Source: Eledone cirrhosa (Eukaryota). Taken from it: a stretch of 64,000 nucleotides of DNA. Shown piece by piece: positions 26,901 to 41,579 of this stretch. The DNA lies in the NCBI GenBank assembly GCA_964016885.1, contig OZ024750.1, forward strand, positions 41,664,001 to 41,728,000, in the 5' to 3' direction. Made by a program: the position numbers and the translations under genes. The number at the start of each line of letters is the position of its first letter. Position 1 is the stretch's first letter. A model generated the notes under the pieces. That model was given only the letters and a program-made list of their open reading frames with translations. It searched no databases and had not been told where the DNA came from.

Positions 26901-27487
26901 AGTCTAGGTGGTATATCTCAGCTGTGGTAGGGAGTACCAGACTCTACACCCCAGTGTAGGTGGTATATCTCAGCTGTGGTAGGGAGTGGCAGACTCTACA
27001 CCCCAGTCTAGGTGGTATATCTCAGCTGTGGTAGGGAGTGACAGATTCTACACCCCAGTCTAGAGGGTATATCTCAGCTGTGGTAGGGAGTGACAGACTC
27101 TACACTCCAGTCTAGGTGGTATATCTCAGCTGTGGTAGGGAGTACCAGACTCTACACCCCAGTGTAGGTGGTATATCTCAGCTGTGGTAGGGAGTGGCAG
27201 ACTCTACACCCCAGTCTAGGTGGTATATCTCAGCTGTGGTATGGAGTGACAGACTCCACACCCCAGTCTAGGTGGTATATCTCAGCTGGGAGTGACAGAC
27301 TCTACACCCCAGTCTAGAGGGTATATCTCAGCTGTGACAGGGAGTGACAGACTCTACACCCCAGTCTAGGTGGTATATCTCAGCTGTGGTGGGGAATGAC
27401 AGACTCTACACCCCAGTCTAGGTGGTATATTTCAGCTGTGGCAGGGAGTGACAGACTCTACACCCCAGTCTAGGTGGTATATCTCAG
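23909..27487. repeat. 1,800-bp tandem duplication (offset 1800, becoming 1852 after one extra monomer)
   Basis: Printed lines 23941-25261 match lines 25741-27061 in register with about 5 substitutions (for example ATATTC/ATACTC 24061/25861 and TGGGGAG/TGCGGAG 24921/26721). ATGGAG at 25389/27241 shows offset 1852. Confidence 0.92.
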
Positions 27488-29649
27488 CTGTGATAGGGAG
27501 TGACAGACTCTACACCCCAGTCTAGGTGGTATATCTCAGCTGTGGTAGGGAGTGACAGACTCTACACCCCAGTCTAGAGGGTATATCTCAGCTGTGGTAG
27601 GCAGTGACAGACTCTACACTCCAGTCTAGGTGGTATATCTCAGCTGTGGTAGGGACTGACAGACTCTACACCCCAGTCTAGTTGGTATATCTCAGTTGTG
27701 GTAGGGAGTGACAGATTCTACACCACAGTCTAGAGGGTATATCTCAGCTGTGGTAGGGAGTGGCAGACTCTACACCCCAGTCTAGGTGGTATATCTCAGC
27801 TGTGGTAAGGAGTAACAGACTCTACACCCCAGTCTAGGTGGTATATCTCAGCTGTGGTAGGGAGTGACAGACTCCACACCCCAGTCTAGGTGGTATATTT
27901 CAGCTGTGGCAGGGAGTGACAGGCTCTACACCCCAGTGTAGGTGGTATATCTCAGCTGGTAGTGACAGACTCTACACCCCAGTCTAGAGGGTATATCTCA
28001 GCTGTGGTGGGGAGTGACAGACTCTACACCCCAGTCTAGGTGGTATATCTCAGCTGTGGCAGGGAATGACAGACTCTACACCCCAGTCTAGATGGTATAT
28101 CTCAGCTGTGGTAGGCACTGACAGGCTCTACACCCCAGTCTAGGTGGTATATCTCAGCTGTGGTAGGGAGTAACAGACTCTACACCCCAGTGTAGGTGGT
28201 ATATCTCAGCTGTGGTAGGGAGTGGCAGACTCTACACCCCAGTCTAGGTGGTATATCTCAGCTGTGGTAGGGAGTGACAGACTCTACACCCCAGTCTAGA
28301 GGGTATATCTCAGCTGTGGTAGGGAGTGACAGACTCTACACTCCAGTCTAGGTGGTATATCTCAGCTGTGGTAGGGAGTGACAGACTCTACACCCCAGTC
28401 TAGTTGGTATATCTCAGTTGTGGTAGGGAGTGACAGATTCTACACCACAGTCTAGAGGGTATATCTCAGCTGTGGTAGGGAGTTGCAGACTCTACACCCC
28501 AGTCTAGGTGGTATATCTCAGCTGTGGTAGGGAGTGACAGACTCTACACCCCAGTCTAGGTGGTATATCTCAGCTGTGGTAGGGAGTGACAGATTCCACA
28601 CCCCAGTCTAGGTGGTATATCTCAGCTGTGGTAGGGATTGGCAGACTCTACACCCCAGTCTAGAGGGTATATCTCAGCTGTGGTAAGGAGTGAAAGACTC
28701 TACACCACAGTCTAGGTGGTATATCTCAATTGTGGTAGGGAGTGGCAGACTCTACACCCCAGTCAAGGTGGTATATCTCAGCTGTGGTAGGGAGTGACAG
28801 ACTCTACACCCCAGTCTAGGTGGTATATCTCAGCTGTGGTAGGAAGTGACTGACTCTACACCACAGTCTAGGGGGTATATCTCAGCTGGGAGTGACAGAC
28901 TCTACACCCCAGTCTAGAGGGTATATCTCAGCTGTGGTAAGGAGTGACAGACGCTACACCCCAGTCTAGGTGGTATATCTCAGCTGTGGTGGGGACTGAC
29001 AGACTCTACACCCCAGTCTAGGTGGTATATCTCAGCTGTGGTGGGGACTGACAGACTCTACACCCCAGTCTAGGTGGTATATCTCAGCTGTGGTAGGGAG
29101 TGACAGACTCTACACCGCAGTCTAGGTGGTATATCTCAGCTGGGAGTGACAGACTCTACACCCCAGTCTAGGTGGTATATCTCAGCTGTGGTAAGGAGTG
29201 ACAGACTCTACACCCCAGTCTAGGTGGTATATCTCAGCTGGGAGTGACGACTCTACACCCCAGTCTAGGTGGTATATCTCAGCTGTGACAGGGAGTGACA
29301 GACTCTACACCCCAGTCTAGGTGGTATATCTCAGCTGTGGTGGGGAATGACAGACTCTACACACCAGTCTAGGTGGTATATCTCAGCTGTGGCAGGGAGT
29401 GACAGACTCTACACCCCAGTCTAGGTGGTATATCTCAGCTGTGATAGGGAGTGACAGACTCTACACCCCAGCCTAGGTGGTATATCTCAGCTGGGAGTGA
29501 CAGACTCTACACCCCAGTCTAGGTGGTATATCTCAGCTGTGGCAGGGAGTGACAGCCTCTACACCGCAGTCTAGGTGGTATATCTCAGCTGTGGTAGGGA
29601 GTGGCAGACTCTACACCCCAGTCTGGGTGGTATATCTCAGCTGTGGTAG

Positions 29650-32600
29650 GGAGTGACAGACTCTACACCCCAGTCTAGGTGGTATATCTCAGCTGTGGTA
29701 GAGATTGACAGACTCCACACCGCAGTCTAGGTGGTATATCTCAGCTGGGAGTGACAGACTCTACACCCCAGTCTAGAGGGTATATCTCAGCTGTGGTAAG
29801 GAGTGACAGACTCTACACCCCAGTCTAGGTGGTATATCTCAGCTGTGGTAGGGACTGACAGACTCTACACCCCAGTCTAGGTGGTATATCTCAGCTGTGG
29901 CAGGGAGTGACAGACTCTAAACCCCAGTCCAGGTGGTATATCTCCACTGTGGTAGGGAGTGACAGACTCTACACCCCAGTCCAGGTGGTATATCTCCACT
30001 GTGGTAGGGAGTGACAGACTCTACACCCCAGTCTAGGTGGTATATCTCAGCTGTTGTAGGGAGTGGCAGACTCTACACCCCAGTCTAGGTGGTATATCTC
30101 AGCTGTGGTAGGGAGTGACAGACTCTACACCCCAGTCTAGGTGGTATATCTCAGCTGTGGTAGGGAGTGACAGACTCTACACCCCAGTCCAGGTGGTATA
30201 TCTCAGCTGTGGTAAGGAGTGACAGACTCTGCACCCCAGTCTAGGTGGTATATCTCAGCTGTGGTGGGGAGTGACAGACTCTACACCCCAGTCTAGCTGG
30301 TATATCTCAGCTGTGGTAGGGAGTGACAAACTCTGCACCCCAGTCTAGGTGGTATATCTCAGCTGTGGTAGGAAGTGACAGACACTACACCCTAGTCTAG
30401 GTGGTATATCTCAGCTGTGGTAGGGAGTGACAGTCTCTACACCCCAGTCTAGGTGGTATATCTCAGCTGTGGTGGGGAGTGACAGACTCTACACCACAGT
30501 CTAGCTGGTATATCTCAGCTGTGGTAGGGAGTGACAGACTCTACACCCCAGTCTAGGTGGTATATCTCAGCTGTGGTAGGGAGTGATAGACTCTACACCC
30601 CAGTCTAGGTGGTATATCTCAGCTGGGAGTGACAGACTCTACACCCCTGTCTAGAGGGTGTATCTCAGCTGTTGTAAGGAGTGACAGACTCTACACCCCA
30701 GTCTAGGTGGTATATCTCAGCTGTGGTAGGGAGTGGCAGACTCTACACCCCAGTCAAGGTGGTATATCTCAGCTATGGTAGGGAGTGACAGACTCTACAC
30801 CCCAGTCTAGGTGGCATACCTCAACTGTGGTAGAGAGTGACAGACTCCACACCCCAGTCTAGGTGGTATATCTCAGCTGTGGTAGGGAGTGACAGACTCT
30901 ACACCCCAGTCTAGGTGGTATATCTCAGCTGTGGCAGGGAGTGACAGACTCTGCACCCCAGTCTAGGTGGTATATCTCAGCTGTGGTAGGAAGTGACAGA
31001 CACTACACCCCAGTCTAGGTGGTATATCTCAGCTGTGGTAGGGAGTGACAGACTCTACACCCCAGTCTTGGTGGTATATCTCAGCTGTGGTGGGGAGTGA
31101 CAGACTCTACACCCCAGTCTAGGGGGTATATCTCAGCTGTGGTAGGGAGAGGTAGACTCTACACCCCAGTCTAGGTGGTATATCTCAGATGTGGTGGGGA
31201 GTGACAGACTCTAAACCCCAGTCTAGCTGGTATATCTCTGCTGTGGTCGGGAGTGACAGTCTCTACACCCCAGTCTAGGTGGTATATCTCCACTGTGGTA
31301 GGGAGTGACAGACTCTACACCCCAGTCTAGGTGGTATACCTCAGCTGTGGTAGAGAGTGACAGACTCCACACCCCAGTCTAGGTGGAATATCTCAGCTGT
31401 GGTAGGGAGTGACAGACTCTACACCCCAGTCTAGGTGGTATATCTCAGCTGTGGCAGGGAGTGACAGACTCTACACCCCAGTCTAGGTGGTATATCTCAG
31501 CTGTGGTAGGAAGTGACAGACTCTACACCCCAGTCTAGGTGGTATATCTCAGCTGTGGTAGGGAGTGACAGACTCTACACCCCAGTCTTGGTGGTATATC
31601 TCAGCTGTGGTGGGGAGTGACAGACTCTACACCCCAGTCTAGGTGGTATATCTCAGCTGTGGTAGGGAGAGGTAGACTCTACACCCCAGTCTAGGTGGTA
31701 TATCTCAGCTGTGGTGGGGACTGACAGACTCTACACCCCAGTCTAGGTGGTATATCTCAGCTGTGGCAGGGAGTGACACACTCTACACCCCAGTCTAGGT
31801 GGTATATCTCAGCTGTGGTAGGGAGTGGCAAACTCTACACCCCAGTCTGGGTGGTATATCTCAGCTGTGGTAGGGAGTGACAGACTCTACACCCCAGTCT
31901 AGGTGGTATAACTCAGCTGTGGTAGGGAGTGACAGACTCCACACCCCAGTCTAGGTGGTATATCTCAGCTGGGAGTGACAGACTCTACACCCCAGTCTAG
32001 AGGGTATATCTCAGCTGTGGTAAGGAGTGACAGACTCTACACCCCAGTCTAGGTGGTATATCTCAGCTGTGGTGGAGACTGACAGACTCTACACCCCAGT
32101 CTAGGTGGTATATCTCAGCTGTGGTAGGGAGTGACAGACTCTAAACCCCAGTCCAGGTGGTATATCTCCACTGTGGTAGGGAGTGACAGACTCTACACCC
32201 CAGTCCAGCTGGTATATCTACACTGTGGTAGGGAGTGACAGACTCTACACCCCAGTCTAGGTGGTATATCTCAGCTGTGGTAGGGAGTGGCAGACTCTAC
32301 ACCCCAGTCTAGGTGGTATATCTCAGCTGTAGTAGGGAGTGACAGACTCTACACCCCAGTCCAGGTGGTATATCTCAGCTGTGGTAGGGAGTGGCAGACT
32401 CTACACCCCAGTCTAGGTGGTATATCTCAGCTGTGGTAGGGATTGACAGACTCCACACCGCAGTCTAGGTGGTATATCTCAGCTGGGAGTGACAGACTCT
32501 ACACCCCAGTCTAGAGGGTATATCTCAGCTGTGGTAAGGAGTGACAGACTCTACACCCCAGTCTAGGTGGTATATCTCAGCTGTGGTGGAGACTGACAGA

Positions 32601-34220
32601 CTCTACACCCCAGTCTAGGTGGTATATCTCAGCTGTGGCAGGGAGTGACAGACTCTAAACCCCAGTCCAGGTGGTATATCTCCACTGTGGTAGGGAGTGA
32701 CAGACTCTACACCCCAGTCCAGGTGGTATATCTCCACTGTGGTAGGGAGTGACAGACTCTACACCCCAGTCTAGGTGGTATATCTCAGCTGTTGTAGGGA
32801 GTGGCAGACTCTACACCCCAGTCTAGGTGGTATATCTCAGCTGTGGTAGGGAGTGACAGACTCTACACCCCAGTCTAGGTGGTATATCTCAGCTGTGGTA
32901 GGGAGTGACAGACTCTACACCCCAGTCCAGGTGGTATATCTCAGCTGTGGTAAGGAGTGACAGACTCTGCACCCCAGTCTAGGTGGTATATCTCAGATGT
33001 GGTGGGGAGTGACAGACTCTACACCCCAGTCTAGCTGGTATATCTCAGCTGTGGTAGGGAGTGACAGACTCTACACCCTAGTCTAGGTGGTATATCTCAG
33101 CTGTGGTAGGGAGTGACAGTCTCTACACCCCAGTCTAGGTGGTATATCTCAACTGTGGTAGGGAGTGATAGACTCTACACCCCAGTCTAGGTGGTATATC
33201 TCAGCTGGGAGTGACAGACTCTACACCCCTGTCTAGAGGGTATATCTCAGCTGTGGTAAGGAGTGACAGACTCTACACCCCAGTCTAGGTGGTATATCTC
33301 AGCTGAGGTAGGGAGTGGCAGACTCTACACCCCAGTCAAGGTGGTATATCTCAGCTATGGTAGGGAGTGACAGACTCTACACCCCAGTCTAGGTGGCATA
33401 CCTCAGCTGTGGTAGAGAGTGACAGACTCCACACCCCAGTCTAGGTGGTATATGTCAGCTGTGGTAGGGAGTGACAGACTCTACACCCCAGTCTAGGTGG
33501 TATATCTCAGCTGTGGTAGGGAGTGACAGACTCTACACCCCAGTCTTGGTGGTATATCTCAGCTGTGGTGGGGAGTGACAGACTCTACACCCCAGTCTAG
33601 TTGGTATATCTCAGCTGTGGTAGGGAGAGGTAGACTCTACACCCCAGTCTAGGTGGTATATCTCAGATGTGGTGGGGAGTGACAGACTCTAAACCCCAGT
33701 CTAGCTGGTATATCTCAGCTGTGGTAGGGAGTGACAGACTCTACACCCCAGTCTAGGTGGTATATCTCAGCTGTGGTAGGGAGTGACAGACTCTACACCC
33801 CAGTCTAGGTGGTATACCTCAGCTGTGGTAGAGAGTGACAGACTCCACACCCCAGTCTAGGTGGTATATCTCAGCTGTGGTAGGGAGTGACAGACTCTAC
33901 ACCCCAGTCTAGGTGGTATATCTCAGCTGTGGCAGGGAGTGACAGACTCTACACCCCAGTCTAGGTGGTATATCTCAGCTGTGGTAGGAAGTGACAGACT
34001 CTACACCCCAGTCTAGGTGGTATATCTCAGCTGTGGTAGGGAGTGACAGACTCTACACCCCAGTCTTGGTGGTATATCTCAGCTGTGGTGGGGAGTGACA
34101 GACTCTACACCCCAGTCTAGGTGGTATATCTCAGCTGTGGTAGGGAGAGGTAGACTCTACACCCCAGTCTAGGTGGTATATCTCAGCTGTGGTGGGGACT
34201 GACAGACTCTACACCCCAGT
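29650..34220. repeat. Diverged duplication: about 29650-31740 repeated at about 32390-34220
   Basis: GATTGAC...CACCGCAG 29703/32441 and GTTGTAGG 30053/32791 (offset 2738). ACACCCCT 30641/33223 and AGCTATGG 30771/33353 (2582, three monomers fewer). TAGGGAGAGG 31663/34141 (2478, two more monomers fewer). Confidence 0.85.
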
Positions 34221-36379
34221 CTAGGTGGTATATCTCAGCTGGGAGTGACAGACTCTATACCCCAGTCTAGGTGGTATATCTACGCTGTGGCAGGGAGTGA
34301 CAGACTCTACACCCCAGTCTAGGTGGTATATCTCAGCTGTGGTAGGGTGTAACAGACTCTACACCCCAGTGTTGGTGGTATATCTCAGCTGGGATAGGCA
34401 GTGACAGACTCTACACCCCAGTCTAGGTGGTATATCTCAGCTGTGGTAAGGAGTGACAGGCTCTAAACCCCAGTCTAGAGGGTATATCTCAGCTGTGGTA
34501 AGGAGTGACAGACTCTACACCCCAGTCTAGGTGGTATATCTCAGCTGTGGTGGGGACTGACAGACTCTACACCCCAGTCTAGGTGGTATATCTTACCTGT
34601 GGTAGGGAGTGACAGACTCTAAACCCCAGTCCAGGTGGTATATCTCCACTATGGTAGGGAGTGACAGACTCTACACCCCAGTCCAGCTGGTATATCTACA
34701 CTGTGGTAGGGAGTGACAGACTCTACACCCCAGTCTAGGTGGTATATCTCAGCTGTGGTAGGGAGTGGCAGTCTCTACACCCCAGTCTAGGTGGTATATC
34801 TCAGATGTGGTAGGGAGTGACAGACTCTACACCCCAGTCTAGGTGGTATATCTCAGCTGTGGTAGGGAGTGACAGACTCTACACCCCAGTCCAGGTGGTA
34901 TATCTCAGCTGTGGTAAGGAGTGACAGACTCTGCACCCCAGTCTAGGTGGTATATCTCAGCTGTGGTGGGGAGTGACAGACTCTACACCCCAGTCTAGGT
35001 GGTATATCTCAGCTGGGAGTGACAGACTCTACATCCCAGTCTAGATGGTATATCTCAGCAGTGGTAGGCACTGACAGACTCTACACCCCAGTCTAGGTGG
35101 TATATCTCAGCTGTGGTGGGGACTGACAGACTCTACACCCCAGTCTAGGTGGTATATCTCAGCTGTGGTAGGGAGTGACAGACTCTAAACCCCAGTCCAG
35201 GTGGTATATCTCCACTGTGGTAGGGAGTGACAGACTCTACACCCCAGTCCAGCTGGTATATCTACACTGTGGTAGGGAGTGACAGACTCTACACCCCAGT
35301 CTAGGTGGTATATCTCAGCTGTGGTAGGGAGTGGCAGACTCTACACCCCAGTCTAGGTGGTATATCTCAGCTGTGGTAGGGAGTGACAGACTCTACACCC
35401 CAGTCTAGGTGGTATATCTCAGCTGTGGTAGGGAGTGACAGACTCTACACCCCAGTCCAGGTGGTATATCTCAGCTGTGGTAAGGAGTGACAGACTCTGC
35501 ACCCCAGTCTAGGTGGTATATCTCAGCTCTGGTGGGGAGTGACAGACTCTACACCCCAGTCTAGGTGGTATATCTCAAATGTGGAAGGGAGTGACAGACT
35601 CTACACCCCAGTCTAGGTGGTTTATCTCAGCTGTGATAGGCAGTGACAGACTCTACACCCCAGTGTAGATGGTATATCTCAGCTGTGGTAGGCACTGACA
35701 GACTCTACACCCCAGTCTAGGTGGTATATCTCAGCTGTGGTAGGGAGTAACAGACTCTACACCCCAGTGTAGGTGGTATATCTCAGCTGTGGTAGGGAGT
35801 GGCATACTCTACACGCCAGTCTAGGTGGTATATCTCAGCTGTGGTAGGGAGTGACAGATTCTACACCACAGTCTAGAGAGTATATCTCAGCTGTGGTAGG
35901 GAGTGACAGACTCTACACCCCGGTCTAGGTGGTATATCTCAGCTGGGAGTGAAAGACTCTACACCCCAGTATAGAGGGTATATCTCAGCTGTGGCAGGGA
36001 CTGACAGACTCTACACCCCAGTCTAGGTGGTATATCTCATCTGTGGTAGGGAGTGACAGACTCTACACCCCAGTCTAGCTGGTATATCTCAGCTGTGGTG
36101 GGGAGGGACAGACTCTACACCCCAGTCTAGGTGGTATATCTCAGCTGTGGTAGGGAGAGTTAGACTCTACACCCCAGTCTAGGTGGTATATCTCAGCTGT
36201 GGTGGGGACTGACAGACTCTACACCCCACTCTAGGTGGTATATCTCAGGTGTGGTAGGGAGTGACAGACTCTACACCCCAGTCTAGGTGGTATATCCAGG
36301 CTGTGGTGGGGAGTGACAGACTCTACACCCCAGTCTAGCTGGTATATCTCAGCTGTGGTAGGGAGTGGCAGACTCTACA

Positions 36380-39300
36380 CCCCAGTCTAGGTGGTATACC
36401 TCAGCTGTGGTAGAGAGTGACAGACTCCACACCCCAGTCTAGGTGGTATATCTCAGCTGTGGTAGGGAGTGACAGACTCTACACCCCAGTCTAGGTGGTA
36501 TATCTCAGCTGTGGTAGGAAGTGACAGATTCTACACCCCAGTCTAGGTGGTATATCTCACCTGTGGTAGGGAGTGACAGACTCTACACCCCAGTCTTGGT
36601 GGTATATCTCAGCTGTGGTGGGGAGTCACAGACGCTACACCCCAGTCTAGGTGGTATATCTCAGCTGTGGTTGGGAGAGGTAGACTCTACACCCCAGTCT
36701 AGGTGGTATATCTCAGCTGTGGTGGGGAGTGACAGACTCTAAACCCCAGTCTAGCTGGTATATCTCAGCTGTGGTAGGGAGTGACAGACTCTACACCCCA
36801 GTCTAGGTGGTATATCTCAGCTGTGGTAGGGAGTGACAGACTCTACACCCCAGTCTAGCTGGTATATCTCAGCTGTGGTGGGGAGGGACAGACTCTACAC
36901 CCCAGTCTAGGTGGTATATCTCAGCTGTGGTAGGGAGAGTGAGACTCTACACCCCAGTCTAGGTGGTATATCTCAATCTGTGGTGGGGACTGACAGACTC
37001 TACACCCCAGTCTAGCTGGTATATCTCAGCTGTGGTAGGGAGTGACAGACTCTACACCCTAGTCTAGGTGGTATATCTCAGCTGTGGTAGGGAGTGACAG
37101 ACTCTACACCCCAGTCTAGCTGGTATATCTCAGCTGTGGTAGGGAGTGACAGACTCTACACCCTAGTCTAGTTGGTATGTCTCAGCTGTGGTACGGAGTG
37201 ACAGACTCTACACCCCAGTCTAGGTGGTATATCTCAGCTGTGGTGGGGAGTGACAGACTCTACACCCCACTCTAGGTGGTATATCTCAGCTGTGGTAGGG
37301 AGTGACAGACTCTACACCACAGTCTAGGGGGGTATATCTCAGCTGGGAGTGACAGACTCTACACCCCAGTCTAGAGGGTATATCTCAGCTGTGGTAAGGA
37401 GTGACAGACTCTACACCCCAGTCTAGGTGGTATATCTCAGCTGTGGTAGGGAGTGGCAGACTCTACACCCCAGTCAAGGTGGCATATCTCAGCTATGGTA
37501 GGGTGTGACAGACTCTACACCCCAGTCTAGGTGGTATACCTCAGCTGTGGTAGAGAGTGACAGACACCACACCCCAGTCTAGGTGGTATATCTCAGCTGT
37601 GGTAGGGAGTGACAGACTCTACACCCCAGTCTAGGTGGTATATCTCAGCTGTGGTAGGGAGTGGCATACTCTACACGCCAGTCTAGGTGGTATATCTCAG
37701 CTGTGGTAGGGAGTGACAGATTCTACACCACAGTCTAGAGAGTATATCTCAGCTGTGGTAGGGAGTGACAGACTCTACACCCCGGTCTAGGTGGTATATC
37801 TCAGCTGGGAGTGAAAGACTCTACACCCCAGTATAGAGGGTATATCTCAGCTGTGGTAAGGAGTGACAGATTCTACACCACAGTCTAGGTGGTATATCTC
37901 AGCTGTGGTAGGGAATGTCAGACTCTACACCCCAGTCTAGGTGGTATATCTCAGCTGTGGTAGGGAGTGACAGACTCTACACCCCAGTCTAGGTGGTCTA
38001 CCTCAGCTGTGGTAGAGAGTGACAGACTCCACACCCCAGTCTAGGTGGTATATCTCAGCTGTGGCAGGGAGTGACAGACATAAACCCCTGTCTTGGTGGT
38101 ATATCTCAGCTGTAGCAGGGACTGACAGACTCTACACCCCAGTCTAGGTGGTATATCTCATCTGTGGTAGGGAGTGACAGACTCTACACCCCAGTCTAGC
38201 TGGTATATCTCAGCTGTGGTGGGGAGGGACAGACTCTACACCCCAGTCTAGGTGGTATATCTCAGCTGTGGTAGGGAGAGTTAGACTCTACACCCCAGTC
38301 TAGGTGGTATATCTCAGCTGTGGTGGGGACTGACAGACTCTACACCCCACTCTAGGTGGTATATCTCAGGTGTGGTAGGGAGTGACAGACTCTACACCCC
38401 AGTCTAGGTGGTATATCCAGGCTGTGGTGGGGAGTGACAGACTCTACACCCCAGTCTAGCTGGTATATCTCAGCTGTGGTAGGGAGTGGCAGACTCTACA
38501 CCCCAGTCTAGGTGGTATACCTCAGCTGTGGTAGAGAGTGACAGACTGCACACCCCAGTCTAGGTGGTATATCTCAGCTGTGGTAGGGAGTGACAGACTC
38601 TACACCCCAGTCTAGGTGGTATATCTCAGCTGTGGCAGGGAGTGACAGACTCTGCACCCCAGTCTAGGTGGTATATCTCAGCTGTGGTAGGAAGTGACAG
38701 ATTCTACACCCCAGTCTAGGTGGTATATCTCACCTGTGGTAGGGAGTGACAGACTCTACACCCCAGTCTTGGTGGTATATCTCAGCTGTGGTGGGGAGTC
38801 ACAGACGCTACACCCCAGTCTAGGTGGTATATCTCAGCTGTGGTTGGGAGAGGTAGACTCTACACCCCAGTCTAGGTGGTATATCCAGGCTGTGGTGGGG
38901 AGTGACAGACTCTACACCCCAGTCTAGCTGGTATATCTCAGCTGTGGTAGGGAGTGGCAGACTCTACACCCCAGTCTAGGTGGTATATCTCAGCTGTGGT
39001 AGGGAGTGGCAGACTCTACACCCCAGTCAAGGTGGCATATCTCAGCTATGGTAGGGTGTGACAGACTCTACACCCCAGTCTAGGTGGTATACCTCAGCTG
39101 TGGTAGAGAGTGACAGACTCCACACCCCAGTCTAGGTGGTATATCTCAGCTGTGGTAGGGAGTGACAGACTCTACACCCCAGTCTAGGTGGTATATCTCA
39201 GCTGTGGTAGGAAGTGACAGATTCTACACCCCAGTCTAGGTGGTATATCTCACCTGTGGTAGGGAGTGACAGACTCTACACCCCAGTCTTGGTGGTATAT

Positions 39301-41579
39301 CTCAGCTGTGGTGGGGAGTCACAGACGCTACACCCCAGTCTAGGTGGTATATCTCAGCTGTGGTTGGGAGAGGTAGACTCTACACCCCAGTCTAGGTGGT
39401 ATATCTCAGCTGTGGTGGGGAGTGACAGACTCTAAACCCCAGTCTAGCTGGTATATCTCAGCTGTGGTAGGGAGTGACAGACTCTACACCCCAGTCTAGG
39501 TGGTATATCTCAGCTGTGGTAGGGAGTGACAGACTCTACACCCCAGTCTAGCTGGTATATCTCAGCTGTGGTGGGGAGGGACAGACTCTACACCCCAGTC
39601 TAGGTGGTATATCTCAGCTGTGGTAGGGAGAGTTAGACTCTACACCCCAGTCTAGGTGGTATATCTCAATCTGTGGTGGGGACTGACAGACTCTACACCC
39701 CAGTCTAGCTGGTATATCTCAGCTGTGGTAGGGAGTGACAGACTCTACACCCTAGTCTAGGTGGTATATCTCAGCTGTGGTAGGGAGTGACAGACTCTAC
39801 ACCCCAGTCTAGCTGGTATATCTCAGCTGTGGTAGGGAGTGACAGACTCTACACCCTAGTCTAGTTGGTATGTCTCAGCTGTGGTACGGAGTGACAGACT
39901 CTACACCCCAGTCTAGGTGGTATATCTCAGCTGTGGTGGGGAGTGACAGACTCTACACCCCACTCTAGGTGGTATATCTCAGCTGTGGTAGGGAGTGACA
40001 GACTCTACACCACAGTCTAGGGGGGGTATATTTCAGCTGGGAGTGACAGACTCTACACCCCAGTCTAGAGGGTATATCTCAGCTGTGGTAAGGAGTGACA
40101 GACTCTACACCCCAGTCTAGGTGGTATATCTCAGCTGTGGTAGGGAGTGGCAGACTCTACACCCCAGTCAAGGTGGCATATCTCAGCTATGGTAGGGTGT
40201 GACAGACTCTACACCCCAGTCTAGGTGGTATACCTCAGCTGTGGTAGAGAGTGACAGACACCACACCCCAGTCTAGGTGGTATATCTCAGCTGTGGTAGG
40301 GAGTGACAGACTCTACACCCCAGTCTAGGTGGTATATCTCAGCTGTGGTAGGGAGTGGCATACTCTACACGCCAGTCTAGGTGGTATATCTCAGCTGTGG
40401 TAGGGAGTGACAGATTCTACACCACAGTCTAGAGAGTATATCTCAGCTGTGGTAGGGAGTGACAGACTCTACACCCCGGTCTAGGTGGTATATCTCAGCT
40501 GGGAGTGAAAGACTCTACACCCCAGTATAGAGGGTATATCTCAGCTGTGGTAAGGAGTGACAGATTCTACACCACAGTCTAGGTGGTATATCTCAGCTGT
40601 GGTAGGGAATGTCAGACTCTACACCCCAGTCTAGGTGGTATATCTCAGATGTGGTAGGGAGTGACAGACTCTACACCCCAGTCTAGGTGGTCTACCTCAG
40701 CTGTGGTAGAGAGTGACAGACTCCACACCCCAGTCTAGGTGGTATATCTCAGCTGTGGCAGGGAGTGACAGACATAAACCCCTGTCTTGGTGGTATATCT
40801 CAGCTGTAGCAGGGACTGACAGACTCTACACCCCAGTCTAGGTGGTATATCTCATCTGTGGTAGGGAGTGACAGACTCTACACCCCAGTCTAGCTGGTAT
40901 ATCTCAGCTGTGGTGGGGAGGGACAGACTCTACACCCCAGTCTAGGTGGTATATCTCAGCTGTGGTAGGGAGAGTTAGACTCTACACCCCAGTCTAGGTG
41001 GTATATCTCAGCTGTGGTGGGGACTGACAGACTCTACACCCCACTCTAGGTGGTATATCTCAGGTGTGGTAGGGAGTGACAGACTCTACACCCCAGTCTA
41101 GGTGGTATATCCAGGCTGTGGTGGGGAGTGACAGACTCTACACCCCAGTCTAGCTGGTATATCTCAGCTGTGGTAGGGAGTGGCAGACTCTACACCCCAG
41201 TCTAGGTGGTATACCTCAGCTGTGGTAGAGAGTGACAGACTCCACACCCCAGTCTAGGTGGTATATCTCAGCTGTGGTAGGGAGTGACAGACTCTACACC
41301 CCAGTCTAGGTGGTATATCTCAGCTGTGGCAGGGAGTGACAGACTCTGCACCCCAGTCTAGGTGGTATATCTCAGCTGTGGTAGGAAGTGACAGATTCTA
41401 CACCCCAGTCTAGGTGGTATATCTCACCTGTGGTAGGGAGTGACAGACTCTACACCCCAGTCTTGGTGGTATATCTCAGCTGTGGTGGGGAGTCACAGAC
41501 GCTACACCCCAGTCTAGGTGGTATATCTCAGCTGTGGTTGGGAGAGGTAGACTCTACACCCCAGTCTAGGTGGTATATC
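36380..41579. repeat. About 2,693-bp duplication (about 36380-38885 repeated at about 39075-41579)
   Basis: ORF-track twins 36521/39214 (2693) and 38694/41388 (2694). Shared TCTCAATCTG insertion, GGTACGGAG, GGCATACTC 37663/40357, GGTCTACCTC and GACATAAA 38077/40771. The 1-bp offset change is explained by G6 versus G7 runs near 37327/40020. Confidence 0.9.
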
